Source: Owenia fusiformis (Eukaryota). From it: a stretch of 64,000 nucleotides of DNA. Shown here one piece after another: positions 1 through 12,357 of this stretch. The stretch is taken from the NCBI GenBank assembly GCA_903813345.2, contig CAIIXF020000001.1:32550001-32614000 (forward strand). The letters are read 5' to 3'. Under the pieces are notes generated by a model. That model was not told the origin of the DNA. It did not search any database and saw only the letters and a list, made by a program, of their open reading frames with translations. How positions within the stretch are numbered: the first letter of the stretch is position 1; each line of letters starts with the position of its first letter. A program made the translations under genes and the position numbers.

Positions 1-1399
1 AAAGATGGCAACACCAGACGAGTACAATCTCTTGAAATATTTTGAAAATCAAAATACTATAGACGTTTCTGGTCAGTGATGTGTTTATTGTTCAACTTTC
101 CAAACCGCTGCCGGCTGTTCAGGGAGCATAAATGAGGGGTCTGGAGTCTGTCGCGTACTTATTCGAGAATATAAGTTTCCTCGAAAGAAACTAGCACAAT
201 AGGTCTACACGCGCCGCCTATTAGCAATAATTATAAACACACCTGCGCACTCTGTGCGTTTGCAGAATTGTAAACTGTAAATGTGAAAGTCGTAACAATC
301 GGGCATAACCAAATTTTTTTTATCATAACTTAAAATGGTTTTAGCAGATTGACAATTACGTAATATTTAAAAAACTACAGACCGACGTACGTTTTGTGTG
401 CGTTTTTCATCGTGATTTAAAATGGTTAAACACGTTCTAATAACGACCTTGTAAAATTACTGTTGTCATTGGATTCTTAGATTTCAGTTGTATTTCCATT
501 CTCTAATTTTGCATCCATTCATCTTTGAATAGAGGACCGACTACCGGCCATCTGGACCCAACCTATGGAGAATGACTGGTCGGTGATCGGTCTCTTTCGT
601 AAGTTCAAAAATGACTACATCTTTTCATGCCAGACTATTTAGGCTGGATTTAAGATTTCATCTAAATAGTGTGTACATTTGGGTATCTAGAAATGTAGAA
701 TACAAATTACCAATTTTCTCATGCGAATATTAAGATGCAGCAAGTGTGTATACCGTTGACTAACATTAGGTATCATCCTTCCCTTTTGATATTATCATCT
801 TTTTAAACATGCCCTTATTTAAATATGCTTACCAATGCTAGAATTAATTCCAAAGGAACAGCAATTTGAAAAATGGTATGGGTGATTAACTATACGTATA
901 TCAAGGTTAAGTGGAATCCATCAAGCTAAATACTTAACCTTTGATCTCTGTTGCCATACCTAGAAGTATTTACTCATACAGTATCTTTTATTTCACTCTA
1001 ATAATGTAGAATTCCATCTCAAGCATGCATAATGTATAATATGGAGTGATTCCAATGAATAGTTTCTTAGACATAACAGTCCATCATATACTAGACATTC
1101 TGAAACCAGACATTTTCACAGAAAACTCTTATGTGGTGAATGTTGCAAAAACATTGAAAAAATATTGGTCAGTTGCAAAAAAATATTGGGCAGTTTTTTT
1201 AAAAAGCCAGATATGGCCAAATTACCAGCAGCCTAAAACCAATCTGATTTCAGTATCTAGACAAGGTGCATAATAAATTTTAATATAGTAGTGAAAAATC
1301 GCTGCTGAAATTATAGATGGCAATATCTAACGGGTGTTCCCTTCGACTGTGACAATCTCAAGGTCAAGGTCCCTGCCCAGGCCAAATACAGATAACTTT

Positions 1400-1862
1400 G
1401 GCCCAAATGCCCTAATACGTCACTTCCGCTGAATAGAAAAAAGTAGTTTTCAAAAGTGAATGTAGTCCCAACACAATTGTGATCATGACGAGTCAGTAAG
1501 CTAGTATGTAGGCACAGTTGTCATCATTTTGCAATGACAACATGCCATTTCTTCTGAAAATGCGTTTATTTGGGTTCTGAAGGAAAATTTCGAATCAAGT
1601 GGCGTATTAATTTTGCCTTCATTTTTATGAATTTCAATTACTGTCGGCAGAGAGAGGGGGTAGTGTCACAATTGACCAATTATTTCAAAAAGTAGATGAT
1701 TGGCTCCTATTGAGTTTAGTGTCAAAATGTAGCTTAGACATAGGTTTAGAACCTCAGATAGGCCAGTGAGGCCACGAAAATCCATAACTCGAGATAAAAA
1801 GTCAGGCGTTTGCCCTTTTGCCCATTGACTAGTATGGTGACATGAATTAGGGCAGTTTGGCC
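1400..1862. mobile_element. MITE with ~17-bp TIRs (GGCC(C/A)AA..GCCCTAAT); truncated second copy at 60684-61054
   Basis: Left GGCCCAAATGCCCTAAT and right ATTAGGGCAGTTTGGCC are inverted; the body is repeated with high similarity at ~60684-61054. TSD and superfamily unclear. Confidence 0.7.
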
Positions 1863-4516
1863 TTTGAGAAATAGACATGTATTTACAATACATGGTTTAT
1901 AAAGTTCCAGGACGATAAGATTTGGTCAAAATACCCATTTCCATAGCTCGTCATTAAAAATATATATCACGAAAAAGGTATATTAATTTAAATTCTTACA
2001 TTTATTTACTTAATATTTTAGTTGTTGATAAAACTACAGATTGATAGAATATTGTTGCTCATATGGCTTATTACACATCTACAGTGATACTTTGAAGTGA
2101 CGACAAAAGATAGAGTGTTGAAGGTAGTCAATAAAATCGGATCTTTAATCCGCGGATTCAATAAAAACTGGTTTATAATGCAGAAATGCCGGATCACAGA
2201 TTTTTCCAGTGAGAGACCTGTCATTCTTTCACCTTAATTTAATTTATTATTTAGTGTTTTTTCAATAAATAAATATTTTCTAGGGAAAAGAACCATTTTT
2301 CTAATGCGTAGCATCATATTATCATGTAAAATCATGTAAAAATAGCCCATAACCATATGTTTCACTCTACATAATAGAAATAGCAATGAGAGGATGGTTA
2401 TTCAGAAAACATTTGCAATTGATTCAAATGGGAATATCTCACTTTGAAACTTTTGTCAATTTTACATCAGAATGAGCCATATTCTCATTCTCAGTCATAT
2501 ATGCTAGTTTTTGTCAATTGAAAAAGCAACATTTCTATTAGTTAACGCAAATATTATTACAATTTGTTTGAGAAGTTTCATTCATAACTAATTTGAACAT
2601 ACTTCGAGAATCTTGTGATCACATAAACGGTGTTATGATATTATATATTATAATATTGATATACAAGTACTGTTTGGGTCCTCTTTGCTGTTCTGACAAT
2701 GTTATTTACATTTATAATACAACAACTACTCATTCTTGACATTCCCTGGGGAATGAGTACATTGAGGTTTCTGCCAGAGACAAATATGAAATAGGTACAA
2801 AACAAAGTTTTTATTTCTCAACATTGACAAAATTATGTAGTGTTGAAATACAGTATCATGAATTATAAAAATTGCATATCAAGTGTGGTCATTTCCCTAA
2901 AAATTATAAAGGATGCATGCAGATTACAAAGATAAAGTATCCAAATAGGAGCCATCGCGTATCACTTACAAATATGCCTACTCTGGATTAAAATTCAGAG
3001 TTATCCCTTTCAACAAATAATTAATAAATAATAAAATTGTTGTATATAATAAGAAAACATTGTATCAAAAGCAACTAAGGAATTGTGTGGCTTTTAAATT
3101 AAATCCAATTAATTGGACGATTATTCTTGTTGATATTTTACAAAGTTCAACATTTTTAAGAAAGGGAATTCAATGTAATGAAGATGCGAATTTGCAATAC
3201 TATTACTTGGACTTACCCTTTATTCTCAATTCCAAAACCATTTTTAAGATCTCCTTCCAAGAATATTTTAATGACTGTTTTTATCATTTTCAAACATTTT
3301 GTATAATGTTATAGTTCCTTGAAGGGCTGTTAAGGGATATATCATAATAAAAAAACGTAAAGTGAAAACATTCAAGAAATTCCACTTTATGAATAGGCAA
3401 ATCAAATAAATCAATCATTTGTCTTGTTAGAAAACAAATTCCCCTTATTACAACATTTGATATTTTTTATTTTATTTCCAGGCCCAAAAATCATCATTGT
3501 AATATAGTCATTCACCCACTCCCCTAGCATTGTATCTTCCACAAACATGGTCAATAGTATAGTTTCCATATAGCTTTTGAAATCTCGCTAAATCTCGTTT
3601 TTCGTGAGATTTTAAGAGACTTGCATATTAGACCTCTAATGACTTACATTACCTTCTTTTAAATGGTATATTTGAATTCAGTGGAATGTTTTCTCCTAAA
3701 ATAGCATTGATTTACACAGTTATGTAATTTGAATAATTTTCTATGACAATTTAAAAAAAGTTGGGCCAAATGTCCATAGATGCAATGCTAAAATTCTTTA
3801 AAACCGTGGATTATTTGTATGTCAATCAACATTAGCATGTTTAATCACAACATGTTCATAAACAGGGTCATCATGTGGTATATCATTCAAGTTTTATACA
3901 GATTCAACAAACACACTTTGATAAATCATGAAATTAAGCCACTTTTCCAAGATTTTAGCATGTAAGTGAATGGAGCTCTAGCCAGAGTTAAAAGCTGAAT
4001 AAAAGATGGCAGCACGAGATTTCATTGATTTTTCTGCTATTTAGAAACTATCCTATTGAACAGCATCCCCCAACATATGTAAATTATCAATAAGGAGTTA
4101 TAACATTTTGCATTGGAAAAAATAAATATAAGATAAGATGGTACCTATTATGTTGAATTTATGGCTTAATAGAGCATGCATCTTGGGTGGGTTCTATGAA
4201 ATAAAAAGGGGTGTACCTTTTGATAATCCTTTGGCAGTTCAATACTACAATATTGTTGTTTTGCAATAATCTAGCTACAACAAGCCTTTGTGACCCCCTA
4301 ATCTAAAAGATGCGTGGTAGGGGGTTTTCTTGAAGCTAGACTATTTTTGTAACTAAATTGAAGAAACAATTGAAGACTTTCCTACATGCTCGTTTCAATC
4401 ATACAAATGAATTTGCATCATTTTTGAACATTTTGGGAATATAAATGGTGTCCCTAATTATGATATTGATATACAAGTACTGAACCCCAGGAATTTACAG
4501 TGTTTACTGCATATAC

Positions 4517-5357
4517 ACTGGTGATCCACTCGATTACGCTGGTCACCGAAACGAAAGATAATGGAGAGGTTAAGCAAATACATTCTGATTTATCAGAGTC
4601 CCTCTTTACCTAACGCTTTTGAGAGAACTATTTTGAACTATTCCAAAAGGATAGTAAAGGCTGTGGATCCCACAATGAAGCAAATACGGTTTTTCAAAAC
4701 GTATACGTAAACGGAAAGTACATTGAATCAACATAGGATTGTATCGCTTTAGTCTACTTCAGATACCCGTTCAACTTCAAAGTTGCGTGTTTAGAACGGG
4801 AGATTTTAAATTTCACGTTGCTATCAACGGGAATCATTATACTCATGTCTGTTGAATAATATCCTTGCAATTTTGATTTCGATGCAGAGTATAATTCTTT
4901 CTGAAGAAGATGATGTATGTTACGCATGATTTAACTCCACTAATCTTACGAAACGAGCTCGTTTAAAATATGTATTAGAAAACCAGCTATTGAACTTCAT
5001 CAATGGCATACTATGTAATCATTACAAGCTATGTTGTAGTCTAAACTACCCTGCGTGCAGAGTCTAGTTAAACTAGACGAAGCTCTCTTTTAAGAAGTGA
5101 AGTCAAACGAATGCAAAGGGTAAGTCTAAACAAACACTAGAGCTGAACGGCTATTTATGTGTAAACTCTACATGTATTTGTATAGGGGCGATTGATACGT
5201 TTAAGTTGCGTTTTGGATTTTATACGGTAGCTTAACCTCTCCACTGATACACGTTTGTGAGAGAAATGTCTAGGGGATTCTGCCTACAACGCGTGAGATA
5301 AGGAAAAAAGAAAAATCGTACCTTCTACGTTCCGACATTTTGTTACCGAAACGAACC
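4517..5357. mobile_element. Fragment of a dispersed repeat/DNA element nested in the MULE; related sequence at ~55730-55845
   Basis: 5274-5357 matches 55730-55806 directly; 4517-4553 (ACTGGTGATCCACTCGATTACGCTGGTCACCGAAACG) is the approximate reverse complement of 55806-55845, as for a TIR pair split between two damaged copies. Confidence 0.55.
5047..5122. mobile_element. 76-bp micro-element (TACCCT...AGGGTA) with 9-bp TSD, copy 1
   Basis: Flanked by AGTCTAAAC at 5038-5046 and 5123-5131; same element in reverse orientation at 47033-47103 and 54576-54659. Confidence 0.85.
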
Positions 5358-5951
5358 CTTTAGTCTTTATTGTTTTTTAATACTACAATATAGTTGTTAT
5401 GCAACTTAATATGATGAAACAAGTAGCAACAACTTTTCCAACATGTTCCTTTAATTCAGACTAGGTATTTTCAATGTGTTTTCACCATTTTTACTTAATA
5501 TCTTAAACGTTTAGCATGTTGTGATCAGATGATAGAATCAGTGCCAAAATCAAGTAAAATGAACTAATGGTAATTCAAACCCATTTAATAACCCTCCTCT
5601 TATTTCTATTCTGTAGAGTAAATCATGGTTATGGGCTATTTTTACATGATGAAAATGATGCTACACATTAGAAAAATGGTTCTTTTCCCTAAAAATTATT
5701 TATTGAAAAAACACTATTATTAAATAATGATTAATGTAAAACAATGACAGGTCCCTCACTGGAAAAATCTGTGATCCGGCATTTCTGCATTATAATCCGG
5801 TTTTTATTGAATCCGCGTATGAATCCGCGGATTAAAGATCCGGTTTTTATTGACTACCGAGTGTTGAATGTTGGGGGTATATTTATGATAAACAAACCAA
5901 TGTGTCCATGGCAATCTCTTTAATATCCGGAGAAAGATCTGAGATACCTAA

Positions 5952-7161
5952 AGCTACGTTAACACCAACGGCGCTTTGATGGCGCTTTAAAGCGGCTTGT
6001 AAAGCGGCACCAAAGCGTAACAAAGCTTGATTAAAGCGTCGGGGTCGTAATAGGTCGTAGAAAAGCTTGGAGTAAAGCGGGATATTCGCCAAGAGCGCCA
6101 AACATTTTTAAAGCTGCGTTCACACCAACGGCGAATGCCACGCTTTAAATCGGCGAGCAAAGCGCCGTCATTTTTGTTTACTTTTCCAAAAATATCACGA
6201 TCTCCCAAGTAATATTACGCTCTGATAAGCTCTGATACGCTCTGATTTCCCGACTTGTTACGGTTCCTCACGCTATGATCCCGCTTCGACCAGGCTTTGT
6301 TTCGCTTAAAATCACGCTTTGATAAGCTCTGGTAAGCATTATTCCGTTTTGGTGCGATTTTGACGCTTTAATCAGGCTCTGATACGATTGCCAAGCTCTG
6401 TTGTGCATTTTCGAGATCGCCTTTATTATGACGCTTTTGATCAAATGGCTTTATAAAGATGCAGTAGATCCATAAAACCATTGCATCTTTGACTCGAGAA
6501 GACGATGGCAGAACAACAAGATCTAGAAATTCCAGATGGACCAGATCATGACCTATCTGAAGAAGACATGATGTTTGTCGCACGGCGTGAGAGAGCGTGA
6601 GGAAGCTTGTCAAGCGTAACAAAGCTTAACAAAGCGTTTCAATCCTCGATTAAAGCGTCTCAATTCGTTAAAAAGCTTGAGAGTCCTTCATGAAAGCGTA
6701 ACAAAGAGTGTCAGATATTGATGAAAGCGTCTGACCTCGTGTCAGATCTTCATGCCAGATCGTAGCAAAGCTTGAAATATTTAAACAAAGCGTGTCAAGT
6801 GGTAACAGACCGTGAAGAGACTGGGGTCCCCAAGAACCAAGCTCTGTTAAGCTATCCTACGCTTTGGGTCAAGCTTTGCTGAGCTTTGTTACGGTTTGTT
6901 AAGCTTTGATACGCTCTCGGCGCTTTAATCAATTCGTAACGGAGCGCTCAAAATTTTTAAACAGTTTAAAAAGAGTTGGCGCTCTTGCCGAACATCCCGC
7001 TTTACTCCAAGCTTTTCTACGACCTATTACGACACCGACGCTTTAATCAAGCTTTGTTACGCTTTGGTGCCGCTTTACAAGTCGCTTTAAAGCGCCATGC
7101 TTTGGTGCCGCTTTGCTCGCCGATTTAAAGCGTGGCATTCGCCGTTGGTGTGAACGTAGCT
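5952..7161. mobile_element. Non-autonomous PIF/Harbinger-like element with long imperfect inverted arms and a duplicated left terminus
   Basis: Termini AGCTACGTT(A/C)ACACCAACGGCG at 5952 and (rc) 7161; flanks TAA/TTA (TWA-type); second left terminus at 6112; body built from AAAGCG/CGCTTT/AAGCTT motifs. Confidence 0.75.
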
Positions 7162-7171
7162 TTATCAAATA

Positions 7172-9126
7172 TAGTGGGGCCAGTTAGCTGTTCAATTGCA
7201 CATGTTATATATAAAACACCATTTTTGACCAAAGTATCATTAATACATATAGTTTTGATATCTAACGAAGTGGTGTTGTAAAGTGGCCCCAGTTTCATAA
7301 TAGCAGGCCTCGAAGATTTTGCACATTTACATTGAGCTCCATGTTAATTTATTTATCTTCAAAAGATCTCCTGCATAACAGTTCTTGAGCAATAAAGCCT
7401 ATATTCCTAGTATGTTACAAAAACATGATTATCTTCAAAATCAGAGGGGTTAAATTTTTTCTTTTACCGTGTTCAAAAGATACTGGCATTTGAATTTTGG
7501 AAAATCCCCATTGGCTGCCATTATAAACCACTATCAATATGGCTTTACTTAAGTATCATTTCCTCAAAAAGTCCACTATGGAATTTTCTAATATTTCTTC
7601 AGTTAATATATTGATTTAAAGAAAATCAAACAGACACATTTCTGAAAATTTCTTACTTTTGATATATCTAGCCGTTAAAAACTATAAAAAAAAACTATAT
7701 TGGGCCCCATGCTAATTCAAAAGACCCCCTGCAGAACAGCTCAAAAGTGATAAAGCCCATATTCCTAGGATGTTTCAATCGCATGATCATCTTCAAAATA
7801 AGAAGGGTTAAATTTTTTCTTTTACCTAGTTCAAAAGATACTGGCGTTTGAATTTCGGAAAAACCCCAATCGGTGCCATTATAAACCGCTATCAATATGG
7901 CTTTACTCAAGTATCCTTTTCTCAAAAAGTTCACTATGGAATTTTGTAAAATTCTATAGTAACTGTTGATATATTGATTAAAAAAATCAAATAGACACAT
8001 TTCTGAAAATTTCTTATTTTTGATATACCTTATATTGGGCCCTATGCTAATTCACCAATCTTCAAAAGACCCCCTGCAGAAAAGTTCAAAAGCCCAATAT
8101 TCCCAGGATGTTACAATCGCATGATCATCTTCAAAATAAGGAGGCCCTAGGTTTTTTTTTCTTTTACCTAGTTCAAAAGATACTGGCGTTTGAATTTTGG
8201 AAAATCCCCATTGGCTGCCATTATAAACCGTTATCAATATGGCTTTATTGAGCCCCATGTTCATTTATCAATCTTCTATTAAAAATAAGAAACTTTCAGA
8301 AATGTAACTGTTTGATTTGATATGACTATATTGAGCCCCATGTTCATTTATCATTCTTCTATTAAAAATAAGAAACTTTCAGAAATGTAACTGTTTGATT
8401 TGATATGACTATATTGAGCCCCATGTTCATTTATCATTCTTCTATTAAAAATAAGAAACTTTCAGAAATGTAACTGTTTGATTTTTTAAAATCAATATAA
8501 TAACTATAGAAATCTACAATATCAGAAAATTTTACAGTGCACTTTTTCAGAAAAGAACACCTAAATAAAGCCATATTGATAGCGGTTTATAATGGCAGCC
8601 AATAGGCATTTTCCAAAATTCAAATGCCAATAGCTTTGAAACCAGGTGTCAGAAATGTGTCTGTTTGATTTTTTCAAACGAATATATTAACTATCAAAAT
8701 CCACAATATCAAAAAATTCCATCGTGGACTTTTTGAGAAAATTACACTTAAGTAAAGTCATATTAGTAGCGGTATATAATGGCAGCCAATGGGGATTTTC
8801 CAAAATTCAAACGCCAGTATCTTTTGAACTAGGCAACCCCTCTTATTTTGAATATAATCATGTTATTTTAACATACTAGAATATGGGCATTATTACTCTA
8901 GAACTGTTCTGCAGGGGGACTTTTGAAAATTGTTAAATTAACATGGAGCCCAATGTAAACGTGCAAAGTTTTCGAGGCCTGCTATTATCAACTGGGGCCA
9001 CTTTTCAACACCGCTTCGTTAGATATAAAAAAAATATATGTATTAAATATACTTATGTCCAAAAATGGTGCCGTATAGCAAGACTAGTGCAATTCAAGAG
9101 TTTTATTGTCTTAACTGACCCCACTA
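7172..9126. mobile_element. Non-autonomous Academ-like DNA transposon (TAG...CTA termini, 3-bp TSD) with several-hundred-bp inverted arms and internal tandem duplications
   Basis: TAGTGGGGCCAGTTA at 7172 vs TAACTGACCCCACTA ending 9126; ATA on both sides (7169-7171, 9127-9129); arms continue as inverted sequence; ~350-bp internal unit repeated about 3x and an 83-bp unit 3x (8246, 8329, 8412). Confidence 0.75.
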
Positions 9127-10248
9127 ATATGGATGTATTGGAAGATTGTATTTGTCCATTGGAATTTAAAACGGAGACGTAAATATTCCTCTCAATTCGT
9201 TTGGTTTGTCTTTATCCCATTTGAAGAATTCTAAATGTAAATCTAAAGTATATCATATCCACGGTGCGGTACTCAAGCTGCGTGCTTCTTAGGCACGCAA
9301 TTTGTTTCGATCACGAACTGCATGCCTAGCAACATTGCATAATACAAACTTGGAGTCTGTGTTTTCAAACTTAATTCTAAGACTTTTAAGACTTATTTAA
9401 GCGATTGCCAGTAAATGCAGACATACGTGCCTTATTAAGCAAAATTTGAATTCATTTTTTTGCTTGACCCGCTACGCCATTTGTCATGTTGCTATAGTAA
9501 CAATAATTATTCATTGTGACATCAGATGACAATGAGACTCTTTTATCCAACCCAAAATTACAATCTTCATTTACCTTGAAAATTTAAAGTAAATTGGTTG
9601 AAAAATAATGAAAAGACAGATAAATTCCCAGAACTTAGTGATCACCCTGTACATGCGGTTTTATGTTTGGTATATTAACGAAGACGCAAATCACATATTT
9701 AGTCCCTCGCTTTTGTAACGTTGACGATCTGCATGAATATTGCTTATGTGACGTTGACGAAGACACTTTGTCACGCTGACGAAGGAAAAATGTTGATCTT
9801 TGGAATGTCATGGGGTATCGAAAGCTCCTGATCCAGGCTCATTAATTTGTGGCATGTACCTGGGACATTTCTAAAGCTGAAGCTGAGATAATGAATCAAA
9901 ATCTTGTAATAATTCTCATATATATTCTTATAACAGTATAATAATATGTGCATTCCATTCCATTCCATTCCAATATTGATACAACACTGACATCCTATTC
10001 ACAATTTAATTCATTAGAGGCTCAAATAACTTTGGATGATCTGATAGCGTTATTGGCAGAGCGTAGTCTTGGCCTGGGGGACCTCCTGTTATGCACGGGT
10101 CGAAACGTGGGGAAGCATTTTAATTTTTCAAGAGATCCGATCATCAACAGTTGTGGAAATGCGAAAAGTATTTTCTTTATGGTCCAATTTCTTCCCTCTC
10201 TCACATAACAAAAGTTAGCAAGTGTTGATTTGCTCTGTGTAATTTATT

Positions 10249-10984
10249 TGTAATGCGACCTTGATAGGGGGTATAGATGGTACTGAAAATATAGCTAAGC
10301 AAAAAGAACAAAGGACAGAGGGTATTTAGTAAGGATAACAATCGGATAAAATCAACACGGTTTACAACATCAAATATTTATTTACAACATATAACAATAC
10401 ATGCATGCAGTAATATAAAACAAGCTACAGACAATGCAGACAATAAGAGATAAAATGGAAATGCTCATAACGAGATCCAACCCCGGAGCGCCAGAGGGCC
10501 ATGCCACGCCCTAACTTCCGTTATCGTAATACATCTAACATCAAGTATTTGATCTCAAACTACCAGAAGTGATAAAGTCAAAGGCGTACCTCGTTGTACT
10601 ATACCTAATGTACTTCCGTATATCAAACCTAGTACCAATATCCAATACTCAAGTCAAAGCATGGTCCAAAATCCAAACATCAAACAAGAAGCCACAATCA
10701 CATAGTCTTCATCGTATCCTGCCCTCTGGTCAACTGACGAACTCAACCTTGTACAACTCACATATAAAATTCAGCTGTACCAAAACCCGTTTAACCAATC
10801 AGAACTCGTTATTTCAAATATCGTCATACGACAGACTATAGTGTACTAGTTTTCAGCGACAGATATCAATCTAAATTCTATTCCTTGTTTCAATAACAGG
10901 TTTATATAATGCTGTTCTATTTTCACGACGTTAGCATTGTTTGGAAGTTAAAAACATGAAAAGCCTTATCAAGCAACCGTTACA
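10249..10984 (-). repeat. 3' LTR (736 bp)
   Basis: Direct repeat of 19722-20457; only one mismatch seen (10403 G vs 19876 T); minus-strand AATAAA at 10377-10382. Confidence 0.97.
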
Positions 10985-10987
10985 CAA

Positions 10988-11000
10988 CTCCCCTCCTTTT
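10988..11000 (-). promoter_or_regulatory. Polypurine tract (PPT)
   Basis: Minus strand AAAAGGAGGGGAG, 3 nt upstream of the 3' LTR. Confidence 0.9.
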
Positions 11001-12357
11001 GAGAAGGTGGCGTCCTCGCCAAAAATATAAATCATAATATAAAATATAACGGTTGCGCTAATTATCAAAACAATCAAATAACATTAAAATATACGGATCA
11101 TCTAATCCTTTAATCTCAATCTGTATTCCTAGTCTTTACCAATAAAGTCTATATACAAATACAATGTGTCACCATCATATTCCGTGAATCAAAACCCAAA
11201 TCAAAATAACTAAACTAGTCTAACAGACTGTAATTCCACGTTAATCAGAATAGTTAGTGTTATTCTTTATACTCCAGTTCATTATGTATAAGTATGTTGC
11301 TGTATTACGTTGTTATGCTCAGTGAAACCCCATTTTAAGTTACCCTTCTCCTTACGAGAATCTAACTGGCATTCCTAACTCTATATCCCAATTTACTGTA
11401 ATGCATGACACCTCCCCATAGCACAATCTAACGTGCTCAACCACTTAGTCCTATTACAATTCAGCAATGCCTGAACACATCTGTTCAATATGATATGTAT
11501 TCAGTCCGGTTCTGATCACAAAGTCATATCCCTACTATTTTCAGTTGAAGAAAACAAAGATGAAAATTTCCATTTACAAACAATTGGTTATCGATTCACT
11601 CATTACATTCACAATCTCATTTATTCAAGGGGTAGCTAGTCCCATATCATGCATTCAACCAATCCCTTGGAATGTATCGTTTTCATTAGTGTATCCACCA
11701 CTTCTGTCAATTCAACTTCTTAAATCTACTTGCTTCTCATTCATAATTCGTGCATGTAAACTATTATCAAGTTTCACTTTCGCAAGCAAGATTGCCATAT
11801 ATCCATACAGACAAGTTTTGCACTAAAGGCATAGCAAAAGAGAAATTCGGTGAAGCATAACGAGTGTTACAGCTATCTATGGTAATCATATTCGGGCAAG
11901 CAGTAACTTGCATGATCACAGATATTCGAGGCCAAAACTGTTAAGCTTCTTACTCCAGTGCTTCTGCGTGACACAACTTAAACTATATTTCGAAATGGTA
12001 CATACAACATAGGCAATCCATTTGCCAAAGCCACCCAGCCATAGGCATCTCAAAATCACTATGTACAAAATCTCGTATGTCATCCTCATTTCATATCGTT
12101 TTGAATTATACAAATTTACTAACAGCAATCAAAGTTTTCAGTTCAAAATAGTAACAAACGTGAACCAATTCCTCTTGTAAGTAAACGTATATGTGCACAA
12201 ACCAAAATGCCATTTATTCAAACAACTTATCTAATATCAACACTAAATTAACAAACGCATGTTTTTATGTTTTTCATATTTTAATTAAAATTTGTCCTCC
12301 TCTAGCAGAATCATGATTTAAACCATGTATTTTCTACACTATCATATCTAATAGTTC

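Larger units (their letters stand above)
2123..5858. mobile_element. Non-autonomous Mutator-like (MULE) DNA transposon, ~280-bp TIRs, 10-bp TSD
   Basis: GGTAGTCAATAAAA... (2123-~2402) is the reverse complement of ~5587-5858 (...TTTTATTGACTACC); exact direct repeat GAGTGTTGAA at 2113-2122 and 5859-5868. No transposase ORF inside. Confidence 0.85.

Noticed and set aside
55..85. Minus-strand CTGACCAGAAACGTC resembling a hammerhead core
   Set aside because: Lacks the CUGANGA consensus and the flanks do not pair as stem I.
10569..10841. Identical 90-aa ORF duplicated at 20042-20314
   Set aside because: Lies antisense inside the two LTRs, has a GTG start and no recognisable domain; the duplication is explained by the LTRs.
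11001..12357. Possible env or extra ORF in the Gypsy 3' region
   Set aside because: Only short frames with multiple stops; no signal peptide or TM pattern.
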